Assembly (NCBI RefSeq): GCF_006345805.1
Contig: NC_043007.1
Span: forward strand, 57,846,001-57,910,000
Direction of reading: 5' to 3'
DNA length: 64,000 nt
Origin: Octopus sinensis
Lineage: Eukaryota
Shown: in pieces, positions 11,401-27,574 of the stretch
Position numbering within the stretch: the first letter of the stretch is position 1
Layout: every line of letters begins with the position of its first letter
Translations under genes and position numbers: made by a program
The notes under the pieces: generated by a model
The model's database searches: none
What the model was told of the DNA's origin: nothing
What the model saw: only the letters and a program-made list of their open reading frames with translations

Positions 11401-13063
11401 TTTGTTGTTTTCGTGTTGTAAGTTGCGTTTTGCTTTTGTTTTTCTTCCTTGTAACCTTAACTCTCGCCTCCTCAACAGGCACATACAAATATATACACGC
11501 ACAGAAACACACACAACCAGATAGCCTTTCAAATACAGAAATACACACATACATAATGACTCAGAAATATGTACATACATACACATAAAAATATGTACTT
11601 ACACACACAAAGTATACATATACATTCTGAGATATATACATACATATACATGCACAGAAAGATAAACTTACACACACACACACACACACATATACAAGCA
11701 CAGAACGATGCCCATATATACACGGAGAGAAATATATACATACATGCATAGAAATATGCTAATAGACACTCATACGAAAATATAGACTTACACTCGGGCT
11801 CGGAGACATATGTACAAAATTACATATTTGCACATACACACAAAGGCATATACACATACATACACATACAAAACATGCATGTAGGTATGCAGATACATAT
11901 ATATATACACTGACATACGGGCGCAGAAATATACATATTCATATACGCAGAGAAATATACGCATACATACACGCGCTAATGTAAATACATAGATATCCAA
12001 ACGCGTAGAAACAATCATATTGCTATAAGTTCCCTCACATATACAAAGAAAGAATCATAAATTTACAGATACAAACACAGACACGTACAGACAGAAAGAC
12101 ATGCACGTACACACCCACCTACACACACACAGTGACACGCAAACACACTCATGCAACTGAACACATAGACACTGAGACGCAAAATACTTGCCCCTCCTTT
12201 CCCCACTCTCTCTTTCTCTCTCTTCTCCAACATCTCTCTCTTTACACTCAACATCTTTGTCTCTCTTCTCTAACATTTTTCTCTTAGTTCTCTCTTTCTC
12301 TCGAACATGTCACTCACTCTCTCCCTCTCTTTCCCTCTCCCCCTCACTCACACACACATATATATCACAAAAGCCAATCAACTCACTCGTACATTTACAC
12401 ACATGATTGATCACACACACACATAAACACAAACGTATACAACATACTGTCTCGTAAACAGACAGTAAAAGAAGGCCAGTCCCAAAGGCCAGTAACTTAA
12501 CACACTTACGCACCTCCTTCATTCATGCATATACACGCACACACACATACGCAGACACACTCATACAAACCGTGAAACGCTCACTCTCACATGGATGTGA
12601 CAAAAGAACATTTCACACATTCCACTTCCTTCTCTCTCTCTTTCGCGCTCTCTATCTCTCTCTCTTTCGCGCTCTCTATCTCTCTTTCCCTCCCTTTCTC
12701 CCTTTATCCCGCTCTCTCTCCCCCATACATACATTCGCACACACACACACACAGCACAGTGAAACAATCACATACACACTACAATAGGACATTTATATAT
12801 ATATTCTACCTCCTTCCCTCTTTCTCCCTTCCTCCCGTTTTCATCCATCCTCCCCTTCCCCTCTTTCCCCTCTCTGTCTCTCTCTCTCACGCGCACACAC
12901 ACACACATACACACTTTTCAACTTTGACTCCTTCCTAATTGATATTATTTTTCTACCAGGTTGTTATTTTTTATAGCCATTGTCGCTAATTATATTGGTC
13001 AATTGTCATCATTCGTGTTTATTGCTGTCGTCTTTATGTCACTGCACTCGTCACTCATGTTCT

Positions 13064-13195
13064 TCGTCTTCTTCTTCTTCTTCTTCTTCTTCTCTTCTTC
13101 TTCTTCTTCTTCTTCTTCTTCTTCTTCTTCTTCTTCTTCTTCTTCTTCTTCTTCTTCTTCTTCTTCTTCTTCTTCTTCTTCTTCTTCTTCTTCAT
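13064..13195. repeat. (CTT)n microsatellite
   Basis: Direct reading; poly-K/S/L ORFs. Confidence 0.97.
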
Positions 13196-13291
13196 ATTGT
13201 TGTTGCTATTGTTGTTTCTAATTCCTTGTTGTTGCTGTAGTTGTAATTGCTGTTTTATAAGTAGTTCATGTCGCTTCTGCACTCACCAGTG

Positions 13292-13462
13292 ATGTTGTTT
13301 AGCTGCCGGTCTAGCCCTCCCTGTTGCTATTGTTGTCGTGGGTTAGTTCCAGGTCGGATTAGATAAAAAGAAAACTATGGACAGAGGCATTCCAATGGTG
13401 ACCAACCCATTTTTTTATAGGAATTGTATGCCCCAACATTTAGCTGATATCCACTTTTAAGA
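13292..13462 (-). mobile_element. Interspersed family F (SINE-like, ends GGCTAAACAAC); other copies ~32350-32595 (+), ~42530-42715 (-), ~60330-60450 (-)
   Basis: Shared motifs GTTGTTTAGC.CC.GGTC, ACCTATGATCAAAG.CA.TCCA, TTTAAGAC and GATTTGGCTGCTATTTC across the copies. Confidence 0.5.
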
Positions 13463-13470
13463 CATTAATA

Positions 13471-14396
13471 CGAGGGGGTACCCAAAATTAACCGAAAACG
13501 TTCTTTGTGGGACAAACCCGTTGTAGTTCAGGCTTCTGCCGCTAGAAGCCACCTGATCCGACCCTCAGAAATCAGTCTGCCAACCGGCGTTTCCTCCTGG
13601 GGTAACACCGCCACGTGTGTGTCTTTGTTTTGCAATGTTTCTCTCTTGTTCGTCGATTTCTGCGATGGCTGAAACAAAGAAACGGTATGCTTCCGAGAAC
13701 TTCTGTTCTGTACTGGGGAAAACCGTGACAGAAACATTTGTCATGCTTCAAACATCTTATAAAGACGCTGTCATGAGCAAAACACAACTTTACCGAGTGG
13801 TTTCCACGTATTAGAAATGGTCACTTGTCGCTTGAAGACCAACCTCGTTCAGGAGGACCGTCAACCTCCAGAACGAATGAAAATCGTTAACCTTTAAATC
13901 GTTTCAGCTTCAAAGCTGCGCTCATGCTGGAGCACCAGAAAATTCATGAACTGATCTTGGAGGACCATCACCGAACAATTGACGAACTTATTGATATGAC
14001 TGGTGTTTACATTGTTTCCTGCCAACGAATTTTCAGCGAGGAATTGCGAATGAAAAGGGTTGCAGCAAAATTTGTGCCTCATTTGCTCAGGGAATATCAA
14101 AAGCAGTCGTGAATTTAAAGCACAGTTAGAAGTTGAACCGGATCTTTTTTTAGGAAGGTCATCACTAGTGATGCGAAATTAGCAGTTTGTGGAAGAGGTG
14201 AAGGAGAAAACGACGGCGGCGTTGAAAGGCTTCATTTCGCAAGAGTTCCAGCACTACTTCGAATTGCGGAAAACGCGCCTGGATCGATGCATTGCTTCAA
14301 ATGGAGAATACTTTGAAGGCGATAAAAGTGTAAACATTTAAAACAATGTGAATAAAATAATATTGCAAAATTCCGGTTTCTTTTCGATACTCATCT
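13471..14396 (+). mobile_element. mariner (Tc1/mariner) transposon relic with the catalytic domain largely deleted
   Basis: TA|CGAGGGGGTACCCAAAATTAACCG left TIR and degenerate TTCCGGTTTCTTTTCGATACTCATCT|TA right TIR; peptides LGKTVTETFVMLQTSYKDAVMSKTQLY, LEDQPRSG, RTIDELIDMTG, KRVAAKFVPHLL (WVPHEL-like), RCIASNGEYFEGD. Confidence 0.88.
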
Positions 14397-14676
14397 TACA
14401 TGATTTCTAACCTGATCAGGTAAAAAATTATCTCGGTATTGTTTGCAGTGGTGGTGGTGGTGGTCGTCGTCGTCGTGGCGGTGGCGGTAGTGATGGTGGT
14501 GGTGGTGGTTAGTAGTAGTAGTAGTAGTAGTAGTAGTAGCAGCAGCAGCAGCAGCAGCAGCAGTATCAGTAGTAATGAAATTTATATCAAGTTTGTTTTA
14601 CTCTTAGCTAGTTGATTGATAAGCTATATATACATATGTGTGTGTGTGTCTGTGTGTGTGTGTGCGCGCGCGCATG

Positions 14677-14734
<58 letters not shown>

Positions 14735-15344
14735 AATTAATAAATAAAACATATGCATATATACATACATATATGTACGTACCTACCTCTACATGTATAT
14801 ATACATGCATATATGGGTACAGGACACCAAAAAAAAACGTCGAACGCCATGAGAAACGAAAACATAAACACAAAACCAAGGAAATGGACACTTTTCTTAA
14901 ACAACGAAAAATAGAGTACAGGACATACAATACAAAGAAAATTCCCCTTCTTCAGTCGCCTCTGTTTCATCTAGTCCGCGTTTCGAAGGTCAAGGCGAGA
15001 CACGACTTCAATAAAACATTCCTTCCCGCAAAAGGCAAATTAAATAAAATTTGAGATTCTTTTCTCACGGAAGGGTAAAAATGGTAACAAAAACAGGAGT
15101 AATTGAGTAATTACGCATACACTCGAATGTCTACACAATCATATATACATTTTGATAACCATAGGATTACACATCTCAATGTCTACACAACTACGTGAAA
15201 TTTACAGGACACACACTCACGCACATGAAAGCACGTGCCACAAACGAAGCAAAAACAAAATCAAGACTTTTTCCTTCTTCTCATTTTATTTTCTTTTTTC
15301 GAACTAACACAGAGTGAACCATTCATAAGTTTAAAAACACCACT

Positions 15345-19365
<4,021 letters not shown>

Positions 19366-19372
19366 TAATAAC

Positions 19373-19417
<45 letters not shown>

Positions 19418-20349
19418 TGAATTACAAAGGACATTATTATTACACTACTCTGAAAAATAGTCATTGACATCAATGAAATACAGCGACGAAAATTAATAAC
19501 GAGTATCGAAAATGTTAAACAATTCTTGTGTAAGTAATACATTAACTTATTACTTTAATTTTATTGCTATTATCTTAATATAATTTACCTATAGTTAACG
19601 CTTGCAGTAATACAGCGACTGGTCACCAGACGCTCACTTAATAACGGAGTACAAAGTTCAAAGTCAACATCATTATGTATCCATAATACTATGTAACACG
19701 ATTTTTTTCCTTGGATAGCAATTGTTATCTCTCATTTGCTTTCCCCTAGAAAGTATGAAAAATGGTTAATATTTCCTTCAAACTTTGCATTTATTCAACC
19801 CTCAATGAATCTCTCTCAACATATGGCTATGATATTACACCTATAATTCTGCTCACCAGCAGAGATGCACATATTGGCACCCACTAAGGGACATTCTTAA
19901 ATGGTTAAGGTCAAGCAGCTGATATCAAATCTATGGTATGGTATGTTTGCGATAACAATATTTCTGATTCAGCAACTCAGCGCTGAATCAGACTGAAATG
20001 AAATGAAAAATAGGCCAGTTTGAAATCATTGATGACCAGGTCACAAAAGAAAAGTTTGAAGGGAATAGTAGTAATTTACTTTGAATTAATAATTGAGAGG
20101 CAAATAGGAAATAATACTTAAACCTCGTCCAACCTTGGCTTCACTAAGAAATTCCACTTTGAATCTGATCCATGAAATATATGAAAACTTGAGCGTAAAA
20201 AATTTTGCATTACCAAAAACAAATAAACTATTCCCCGCTTAATTAATAGCAATCTAAAAAAAATGCTGTGATTTAAATTCTGAAGAACCGTAAATAAAAC
20301 GCAAATGATAAAAAATGAACATGAGAAAGTGAAATAAGTATCAAAAATA

Positions 20350-20700
20350 GGCGCAGGCCTGACTGTGTGGTAAGCTTGCTTCTCAACCACATGGTTCTGG
20401 GTTCAGTCATACTGCGTAGCACCTTAGGTAAGTGCCTTCTACTATAGCCATGGGCCGACCAACGTCTTGTGAGTGGATTTGGTAGACGGAAACTGAAGGA
20501 ATCCCGTCCCATATATATGACAACCGGTGACAACCGGTGTTGGTGTGTTTAGGCCCTTGTAAGCTAATGGTTTGACAAGTGATCAAGAGACTAAGTACCA
20601 GGTTTGAAAGAAAATAAGCACTGGGGTGGATTCGTTCGATTAAAATTGAAGGCGGTACTCCAGCGTGGCTTCAGTCTAATGACAAAAGCAAGGAGAAGAT
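20350..20700 (+). mobile_element. SINE-A copy lacking most of the internal microsatellite
   Basis: GGCGCAGGCCTGACTGTGTGGTAAG..GGTTCAGTC..GTGAGTGGATTTGGTAGACGGAAACTG..GGCGGTACTCCAGCGTGGC. Confidence 0.82.
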
Positions 20701-20894
20701 AAAAGATAAAATATATTGGATCAGCAGAAACGACAGAGCTAAAAGCAGAAATTAGATTGCAGCTATCACTACTGCAGCTGTGAGAGTCATAGTTAAAACT
20801 AGGGTTTTTCTTGTCATATGACAAGTAATTGTAAAAGTATATTTCTACCACTATCGATAACATCAGTAAATGTAGCATGCTTGCTTTGACTCAT

Positions 20895-21205
20895 ACTCTT
20901 GCTTGACTTGGTTGGGCGTCAACCTAGGTCAGTGGTACCAGAGGCATCATCATGCGTAGAGCTGACCAAGTTTACCAGTGATAGCCATCACTGGCGGTCC
21001 TGTGCCAACCTTTCTGCATCCTCCAAGGTAACGTCGAACCTTTCGATCGGTGGTTTCGATAGCAGAGCTCTGAGAACCTCCGAGAGCATCATATAGTACC
21101 ATCACGTTTCCAGCAAAGAACTGCGAGCCTGCATGCATCATTCCACAACCTCCACCTCGTAGCTATCCGTCTTATGCGCTGGTATAGACATATCCTTCGT
21201 CTCCG
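20895..21205 (-). mobile_element. 3' end of an RTE-like LINE ORF (decayed)
   Basis: Minus frames give MRRRRRICLY..RIA..ACRLAVLCWKRDG and TLEDAERLAQDRQ*WLSLVNLV, matching the RTE C-terminal R.RW.GH..R / LA.DR..W pattern. Confidence 0.55.
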
Positions 21206-22090
21206 TCTCATATATGGCATACATCCATTAATTATAATTTAACTTTTTTTTTATCAAATTTGCCGTTCTCTTTGGCTTCTTTTCCTTTACTATGCTAATA
21301 TTTGCTGCTTTTCTTGCTTAGTTTCTTCCATTGTGTAGTTTTATGAAACAATTAATTGAATAAAGTTTCACACATACGCTTGAGTGACATTCATTTCACT
21401 TTATAACATGGTCCAAGCATTCTAAAAGCGATGTCCTTCTTCAGAGATGGTAATACAAACTACTTAGAATTGTTTATTGTTAAGAAAACCGTAATTCCTT
21501 TAAATGAAGAGAAGAACATAGAAAGAAAGAAGAAAGAAAGAAAGAAAGAAGAAAGAAAGAAAGAGAAAAAATAGTATGTTTACTGGTGTTATTTTTTGCT
21601 CCTTCTCTTGATTAGAATTCAATAATTGAAAATTTTTTCAAGCTAAGACAATATAACAACTACTCTTAAATCACGTAACACTTACTCCCCCGTCACATCC
21701 ATATCGTCTAATGTTACCCATGGAACACATAGAATTGTTCCGAAACCGCCGAAATTTTAAAGCAGGCTGTTCTATTGTTTGTAATATATGCTATGAAATG
21801 GTATTTAAGCCTGTTAATTAATCTTCACGAAACACAGATATTATTATTTACACTACAGGTGTAGAATACCAGAACTACTTCAAAATTCCACGTTTATTTT
21901 TGATCATTACTCTGTTTCGATATATATATATAGAGATAGATATACACAATTATAAATAAGGGGAAATAAAGAAATTTCTTTGCCATTATATATAATTGTA
22001 TTTATAATTTTCACCTTAAAAAGTATTTTTCATATGCTGCTGACCGTCACTGATAAATTTTTTAAATAAAATTTTATAGTAATATTAGAA

Positions 22091-22126
<36 letters not shown>

Positions 22127-22204
22127 GTGTGTATGTGTGTGCGTGTGTGTGTGTTTGTGTGCGTGTGTCTGTTTGTTTGTGTGTGTGTGGTGTGTGTGTG
22201 TGTG

Positions 22205-22272
<68 letters not shown>

Positions 22273-22597
22273 GGCTTGATAGAATTATGTGACTAACACT
22301 AAACTTCCTCCATCGGACCCGGCTAGCCAACCACGTAGTAATCGAATACGGAGGAGTATAATGCAGAGGTCCATGCAGCTCAAATTTATGGCATCTAATC
22401 AATGAAATTATTCCAATAAGAGTATATAAACAATAAGAATAAGAATATATGAGAAGTGAATATATCTTTTTAACAACTTGTCTTTCTTAGCAAAACGGAA
22501 GTGTATAATAAATTATGTTTACATGTCTTCCCTAATATGCATGCTATCCATTATACATTACAATTGTAAATTTACAAATCAGTACAGATAAAGAATG

Positions 22598-22662
22598 CTA
22601 GCTCATCAGATCACCAGAACATCATAGTGTTATCCTGATGTTCTGATGATCTGACGAGCTAG
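22598..22662. repeat. 65-nt hairpin: 27-bp arms with 2 mismatches and an 11-nt loop
   Basis: CTAGCTCATCAGATCACCAGAACATCA / TGATGTTCTGATGATCTGACGAGCTAG. Confidence 0.9.
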
Positions 22663-23135
22663 AATGGTGTAACACACATATAAAAGTTTGGTGTCCCACC
22701 GAATTTGTTTCCTAATAACTTTCCTAAAAATGGATATTTTGGAATGCAATTTTGCAGTCTACATGTATATTACTATTATTTTGATGATATTAAGATAATT
22801 TTTTGGAGTTTTTCATCATTCTCTCCTCCCCAAATTTCTCTCCTTATAATTCTTATTAAAATATATTTTTTAAAACGTTTGCAAAAATATATTTTCGCGG
22901 GGGAAGCTTACATAATGCTGATGTTTCAGACATAAATCTGAAAGAAAAGTGAATAAAGTTAAAGTTAGTAGTAACAAAGTTTGAGTTGGGAAAAGGAAAA
23001 CAATCACCACACTTAGAATACACCACCCAAAACGTTATACTATATAACGTATAAAATATACACACATATATATAATATATGTATACATATATACACACAC
23101 ACACGTATAAACACACTCTCACACACTCATATATA

Positions 23136-23167
<32 letters not shown>

Positions 23168-23320
23168 GAGTGGTATAGGTATCTAGAAGAACCTAAGAGT
23201 GGCAGGTAACGCTAAGTAAATGCTATGGACTGACCGTAGATAAATTCTTGGTTCAATAGTGATACGAATGGAGTCTAATGTGGGTCTTGTATAAGCATGC
23301 ATATATATATATATATATTT

Positions 23321-23828
23321 GACAAAATGAGATAACAAAGCTAAGGCTGTGAAGTGTTTTCAGGATATTTACAAGGAAAAAGATATAGATGTAGTCTTAC
23401 AGCTGTTTCTAGTACTCAGAGTTGTTACAATGTGAGGTTTGATAGTTGAGAGAAAGCCTTTGTTTATTAGAGGCTGCTATGATAGACTCGAAGTTGGTTG
23501 GGGTGGAATAGGATAGCTTCAGGGTAGATCTATTAAAGACCTAGTAATATTTTTGTTGACGAGGGAAGTTGCAACAACAATATTTTTATATATTTTTATT
23601 TCTACTTTTATTCTCTTATTTGTCTCTATATTACCTATCGCCTCCTTTTCCATAATAATTCCTGATTTCGATCTCAAATATTTACCTTTATTTAACCATC
23701 TCACATCGTCTCTGATGAAGGGATATCCATAATATACTAGAAACAGATGTAAAACTATATCTATATCTTTTTCCTTATAAATGTCCTGAAAACTCCTCAC
23801 AGCCTTGGCTTTGTTATCTCATTTTGTC
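23321..23828. mobile_element. Head-to-head inverted pair of Penelope-like terminal repeats (arms ~23321-23414 and ~23736-23828)
   Basis: About 93-bp arms are reverse complements; both 3' ends abut TA/CA microsatellites; hammerhead-like core in the right copy. Confidence 0.7.
23708..23755 (+). ncRNA. Hammerhead-like motif (type I, Penelope-type)
   Basis: GTCT CTGATGA A GGGATAT..ATATACTA GAA ACAGATGT A AAAC; the partner copy at ~23395-23412 (-) reads GAA ACAGCTGT A AGAC, restoring the palindromic stem III and stem I. Confidence 0.6.
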
Positions 23829-23861
23829 TATTGCATAAACATATACATACATACACACACA

Positions 23862-23910
<49 letters not shown>

Positions 23911-24300
23911 GTATATATATATTGAGATAGGGGTTGTGAGTACAACCCACCATGGGATAACATATATCCAATATACTGCCAGTGAAGCACCTAACAAAGT
24001 TAATACATAAATGTTAAGAATTGCGATGCAATTAATTCATTTATTGTATTATATGGACGAAGGTAAAATGTTTTACCACAAATTCATAATACAAAATAAG
24101 AAAATGGAGGAATACACCTTAATCAATCATTAACTACCAGATAATACCCATTCACATAATTTATTAACCAACTACATATGAACATCAAGGTCAAACACAA
24201 TAATACAGAACAAAACAGTGCACATCAATGAGTAATATGATACAATAAGTACAATACGTATAAATGAATATAAATAAATATAGATATAAATATAAACTAC

Positions 24301-24427
24301 ATCTTACGGCTGTTTCAGCCATGTAGATATGAGTATCTCATTATGCTCATATTAGCCAGGTGTGATAAGTTAATATGTGGTTATAAATGAGACACTTACA
24401 TATATATCCCAAGGCCTCTTCGGAGAT
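24301..24427 (-). ncRNA. Hammerhead-like motif with a 92-nt insert in stem II (decayed)
   Basis: ATCT CCGAAGA GGCC [92 nt] GGCT GAA ACAGCCGT A AGAT. Confidence 0.5.
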
Positions 24428-24707
24428 TATAAAGTACAATCCAAATATGAATATAAGAGAAGGTACACCTATACAAGAATGAGTACATATACATAATATA
24501 TAACATACACATGCATATAAGTGTATATACACATGCACCTATATATATATATAAGTATATACATAATAATATATAATAATATACATACATATAAGGTTAC
24601 AGTTAGTCAAATCAATATATTAGAATATACAAACATACACATATCCACATGAAAGTGTACATATACAAAGTCCAGAGTTCATTGTATTAAGTTACAAAAT
24701 GCCATTA

Positions 24708-24836
<129 letters not shown>

Positions 24837-25255
24837 CAGTAAAAGAATATGTGCATCACGCCATTCACAATACATATTAGATGGAAAATATCCCACAGAA
24901 TACATCAACAGCATAATATAGTGATATAATAACATAATGATAATAATAATAATAACACAATACAATACAATACATTATAGCTCAACAAACACATATAAAA
25001 TGAAAAATATTGATTTACGTCATAGAAAAATCCAGAAGTGTACATGCGTATAAACGCATACAAATCAGATATTTATTAGCAGGTTTGCAAATAATTTAAG
25101 ATAGAAAGCTCGATACGATTGGCTGGCACGTTTGAATTTCAATTGTCTTAGCTACGGTTGGTTTATTAAGATACACTTACATACATACACATGTATATGC
25201 GTGCTTAGCGTTGTAGTTCGCTCTTAAATCAGTGTAGTACAGAAGTAGAAGTAGA

Positions 25256-25501
25256 AATGAAAAGGGAAATGAAGAAAGCCTCTAAAAATGCAGGATGAAA
25301 GTTGGAAAATGTTTAAACATTTTGGGTGCAAAGGCCCATCTTCAGAAGTGGGCAACCGGTTATCCAAATGGCAGGATTTACGCAGGCACACATTTCTTTG
25401 ACCGTGCTCTTCTGAAGATGGGCCTTTGCGCCCGAAATATAGAAAAGTTTGTAACTTTCATTTCTTCATTTTTAGAAGCTTACTTCATTTCTCTTTTCAT
25501 T
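25256..25501. mobile_element. Head-to-head inverted repeat (~95-bp arms), each arm carrying a CTGAAGATGGGC..GCCCGAAA hammerhead-like core
   Basis: Perfect 19-bp core pairing 25330-25348 with 25409-25427; similarity continues outward (AACTTTCAT..CATTTTTAGA.GCTT.CTTCATTTC.CTTTTCATT). Confidence 0.7.
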
Positions 25502-25519
25502 GTTTTATAAATACATAAC

Positions 25520-26640
25520 AGATGAAAATAAAGAAGTCATCTGGTCCCGACAACATTCATCAGGTACTCATCCAAAATTTTTACCAACCTTTCAGAATAA
25601 AGGATATTCAACCTCATTCTGAAAATGTGAGAAACCCAAATAGTATCTGCAGATCTAAAGAATGCTCTCAGCATTACAATCTTTAAAAAAGAAGACAGCA
25701 GCCTTTATAGAAATTACAGTGACATATTCCTCCCCTCCATCCTTGGGTAAATCTGTCAGAGTACTGCTTAACCGTTTCCTTATAATCTCGGAGAAAGTGT
25801 TGCTGGGCTCATAGTATGGGTTTTGAATTCCTAGAGCATTAATTGACATGATATCTTGTACAGAGAAAAGTTAGAGAACAAAAGGAACCTTCCTTGCTGA
25901 TATTCTATGATCTCAAATAGGTTTTTGTCACCCGTATCATGCACAACAATGTGAATGGTCCTGAAGCAATTCGGTTGCCCTGATTGTTTTATGGCACTCA
26001 TCTGGATACTTCTTAATAGCAAGATCACCAGCAACAAGGATGTATACTTGCTCCAACCTTGTTCTATATGTACCTTGCAACCATGCTCTACGAAATCTTA
26101 CTAAACAACGGTGGTGTAAGGATCAAGTAGTGCTTCGATAATGAACTCTGCAATCTATGTAGACTGCAATCATAAAACTGACCAACAACACACGTGTCAA
26201 AGAACTGTTGTACACTGATGACAATGTCTCGCCAACTCACTCAAACGAAGAAATGAAGAAATTGGTCAATGACTTATGCCAATGATCACTTCGATCTGGA
26301 AATTATTATCTAGAAAACCCAAAATACTTTCACAGCGTATTCCAAATTAAATCCTTCTAGATTTCAACGTCACTATTTCCATGAAACCATTGAAACGAAT
26401 AGACCAGTTTCCATACCTCAGAAGCATCCTCTCTACACAATGTAATTCCGAGAAAGATGTCGGAATAGGATTCGAGCTGCACACATCACTTATCAAAAAA
26501 ACTTTTCGTTTGTGTCTCGGAGTCTGAAACTATAAACCAAGTTCATTGTGTAGCATATCTACCCGTAAATATCCAAATCTCAAGACGTCAAAACAACACA
26601 GAATATATTAAAACACATCTAGGAAATTTAAGAATATAAG
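25520..26640 (+). mobile_element. RTE-clade LINE reverse-transcriptase fragment, heavily decayed
   Basis: Plus-strand frames: KKSSGPDNI, ITIFKK..YRNYS, GKSVRVLLNR, YGF..IDMI, FYDLK, LKQFGCPDCFMALI, KELLYTDD, IDQFPYL.SIL; the minus-strand ORFs here are shadows. Confidence 0.85.
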
Positions 26641-26981
26641 TATGATTATAATGAGAAACATATGTTCACTCTTTCAGACACGACCGTAACCTACGCAGTC
26701 TTCTGATCACAAACTTCATCACCTCTAGGTACATCTAATCCGGAAAGTCCATCAGCTCCCATTCCTGTTGTAACTTCTGTCACTTAATTTTTAACACTAC
26801 AACACTCCTTTTAACACTACAACACTCCTAAGCTTCTACTCATTTTACTTGTGCGCATAGCGCCAATGATATATTGCATCAAATGGTGGTGCTTTGTGTC
26901 TTTGTGAAATTGGTTAATATTAAGCAAATCTTTTCAGAGACCATATGTTTGCTGTCACAACACTTCTAGAAACTGTAAACT

Positions 26982-27137
26982 CAGTAGTGTAGCTAGGAGA
27001 AAATGCGTCGGGGTGGTCCGCCCCAGGCAACGCTTTTATAGGGACAGCACTTTTTGACATTCATAGGCTTGGGGTCTGGGTGGGTAGAGCAAACCCAGGA
27101 GCTACCCCGGGCAGCAGACGCTCTAGCTACGTCACTG
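26982..27137. mobile_element. hAT-like MITE
   Basis: TIRs CAGTAGTGTAGCTAG / CTAGCTACGTCACTG; subterminal GCCCCAGGCA / CCCCGGGCAG; decayed 8-bp TSD tgtaaact / cgtcaacc (5 of 8 match). Confidence 0.6.
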
Positions 27138-27574
27138 CGTCAACCTGTGACTCGTAATATCAACTCCAAGGACGATTTCTGACAGTTTCTTGCCTTCGGT
27201 TAAACACCATAATTCTTTTTCCTCTAAGATACTTCAAGCAGAATGACTTATTTTTCAAACGGGTATGTTCTCTCCGAGTGATATTAACAACCGATTACAT
27301 TTTCTCTTATTCCTCCATCTCATTTAATCCTTTTAGCTCATACGGATGCGCACTCCATCACACAAACCGGTCCTCCTGCTCACTCACAACTCACACATAC
27401 ACACTGTTGTACTCTCGAACATATACACTCACATAAGGCACACACACACAACCAAACACAAATACAGATACTATTTGCGTCGCATGTACGCTTTTACGAG
27501 ATTTCTGTCCACCATCCATCTTCACATTAGAGACCGGATATATACCAATCTACTTTCTTCATCTGTTATTATTA

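Noticed and set aside
22636-22662. CTGATGA/CTGACGAG in the hairpin as a hammerhead or C/D-box snoRNA
   Set aside because: No GAAA with stem II; box spacing is too short; the motifs are simply the hairpin arm
25655-26037. Minus-strand ORFs of 64 and 68 aa
   Set aside because: RTE RT motifs are on the plus strand; these are shadows
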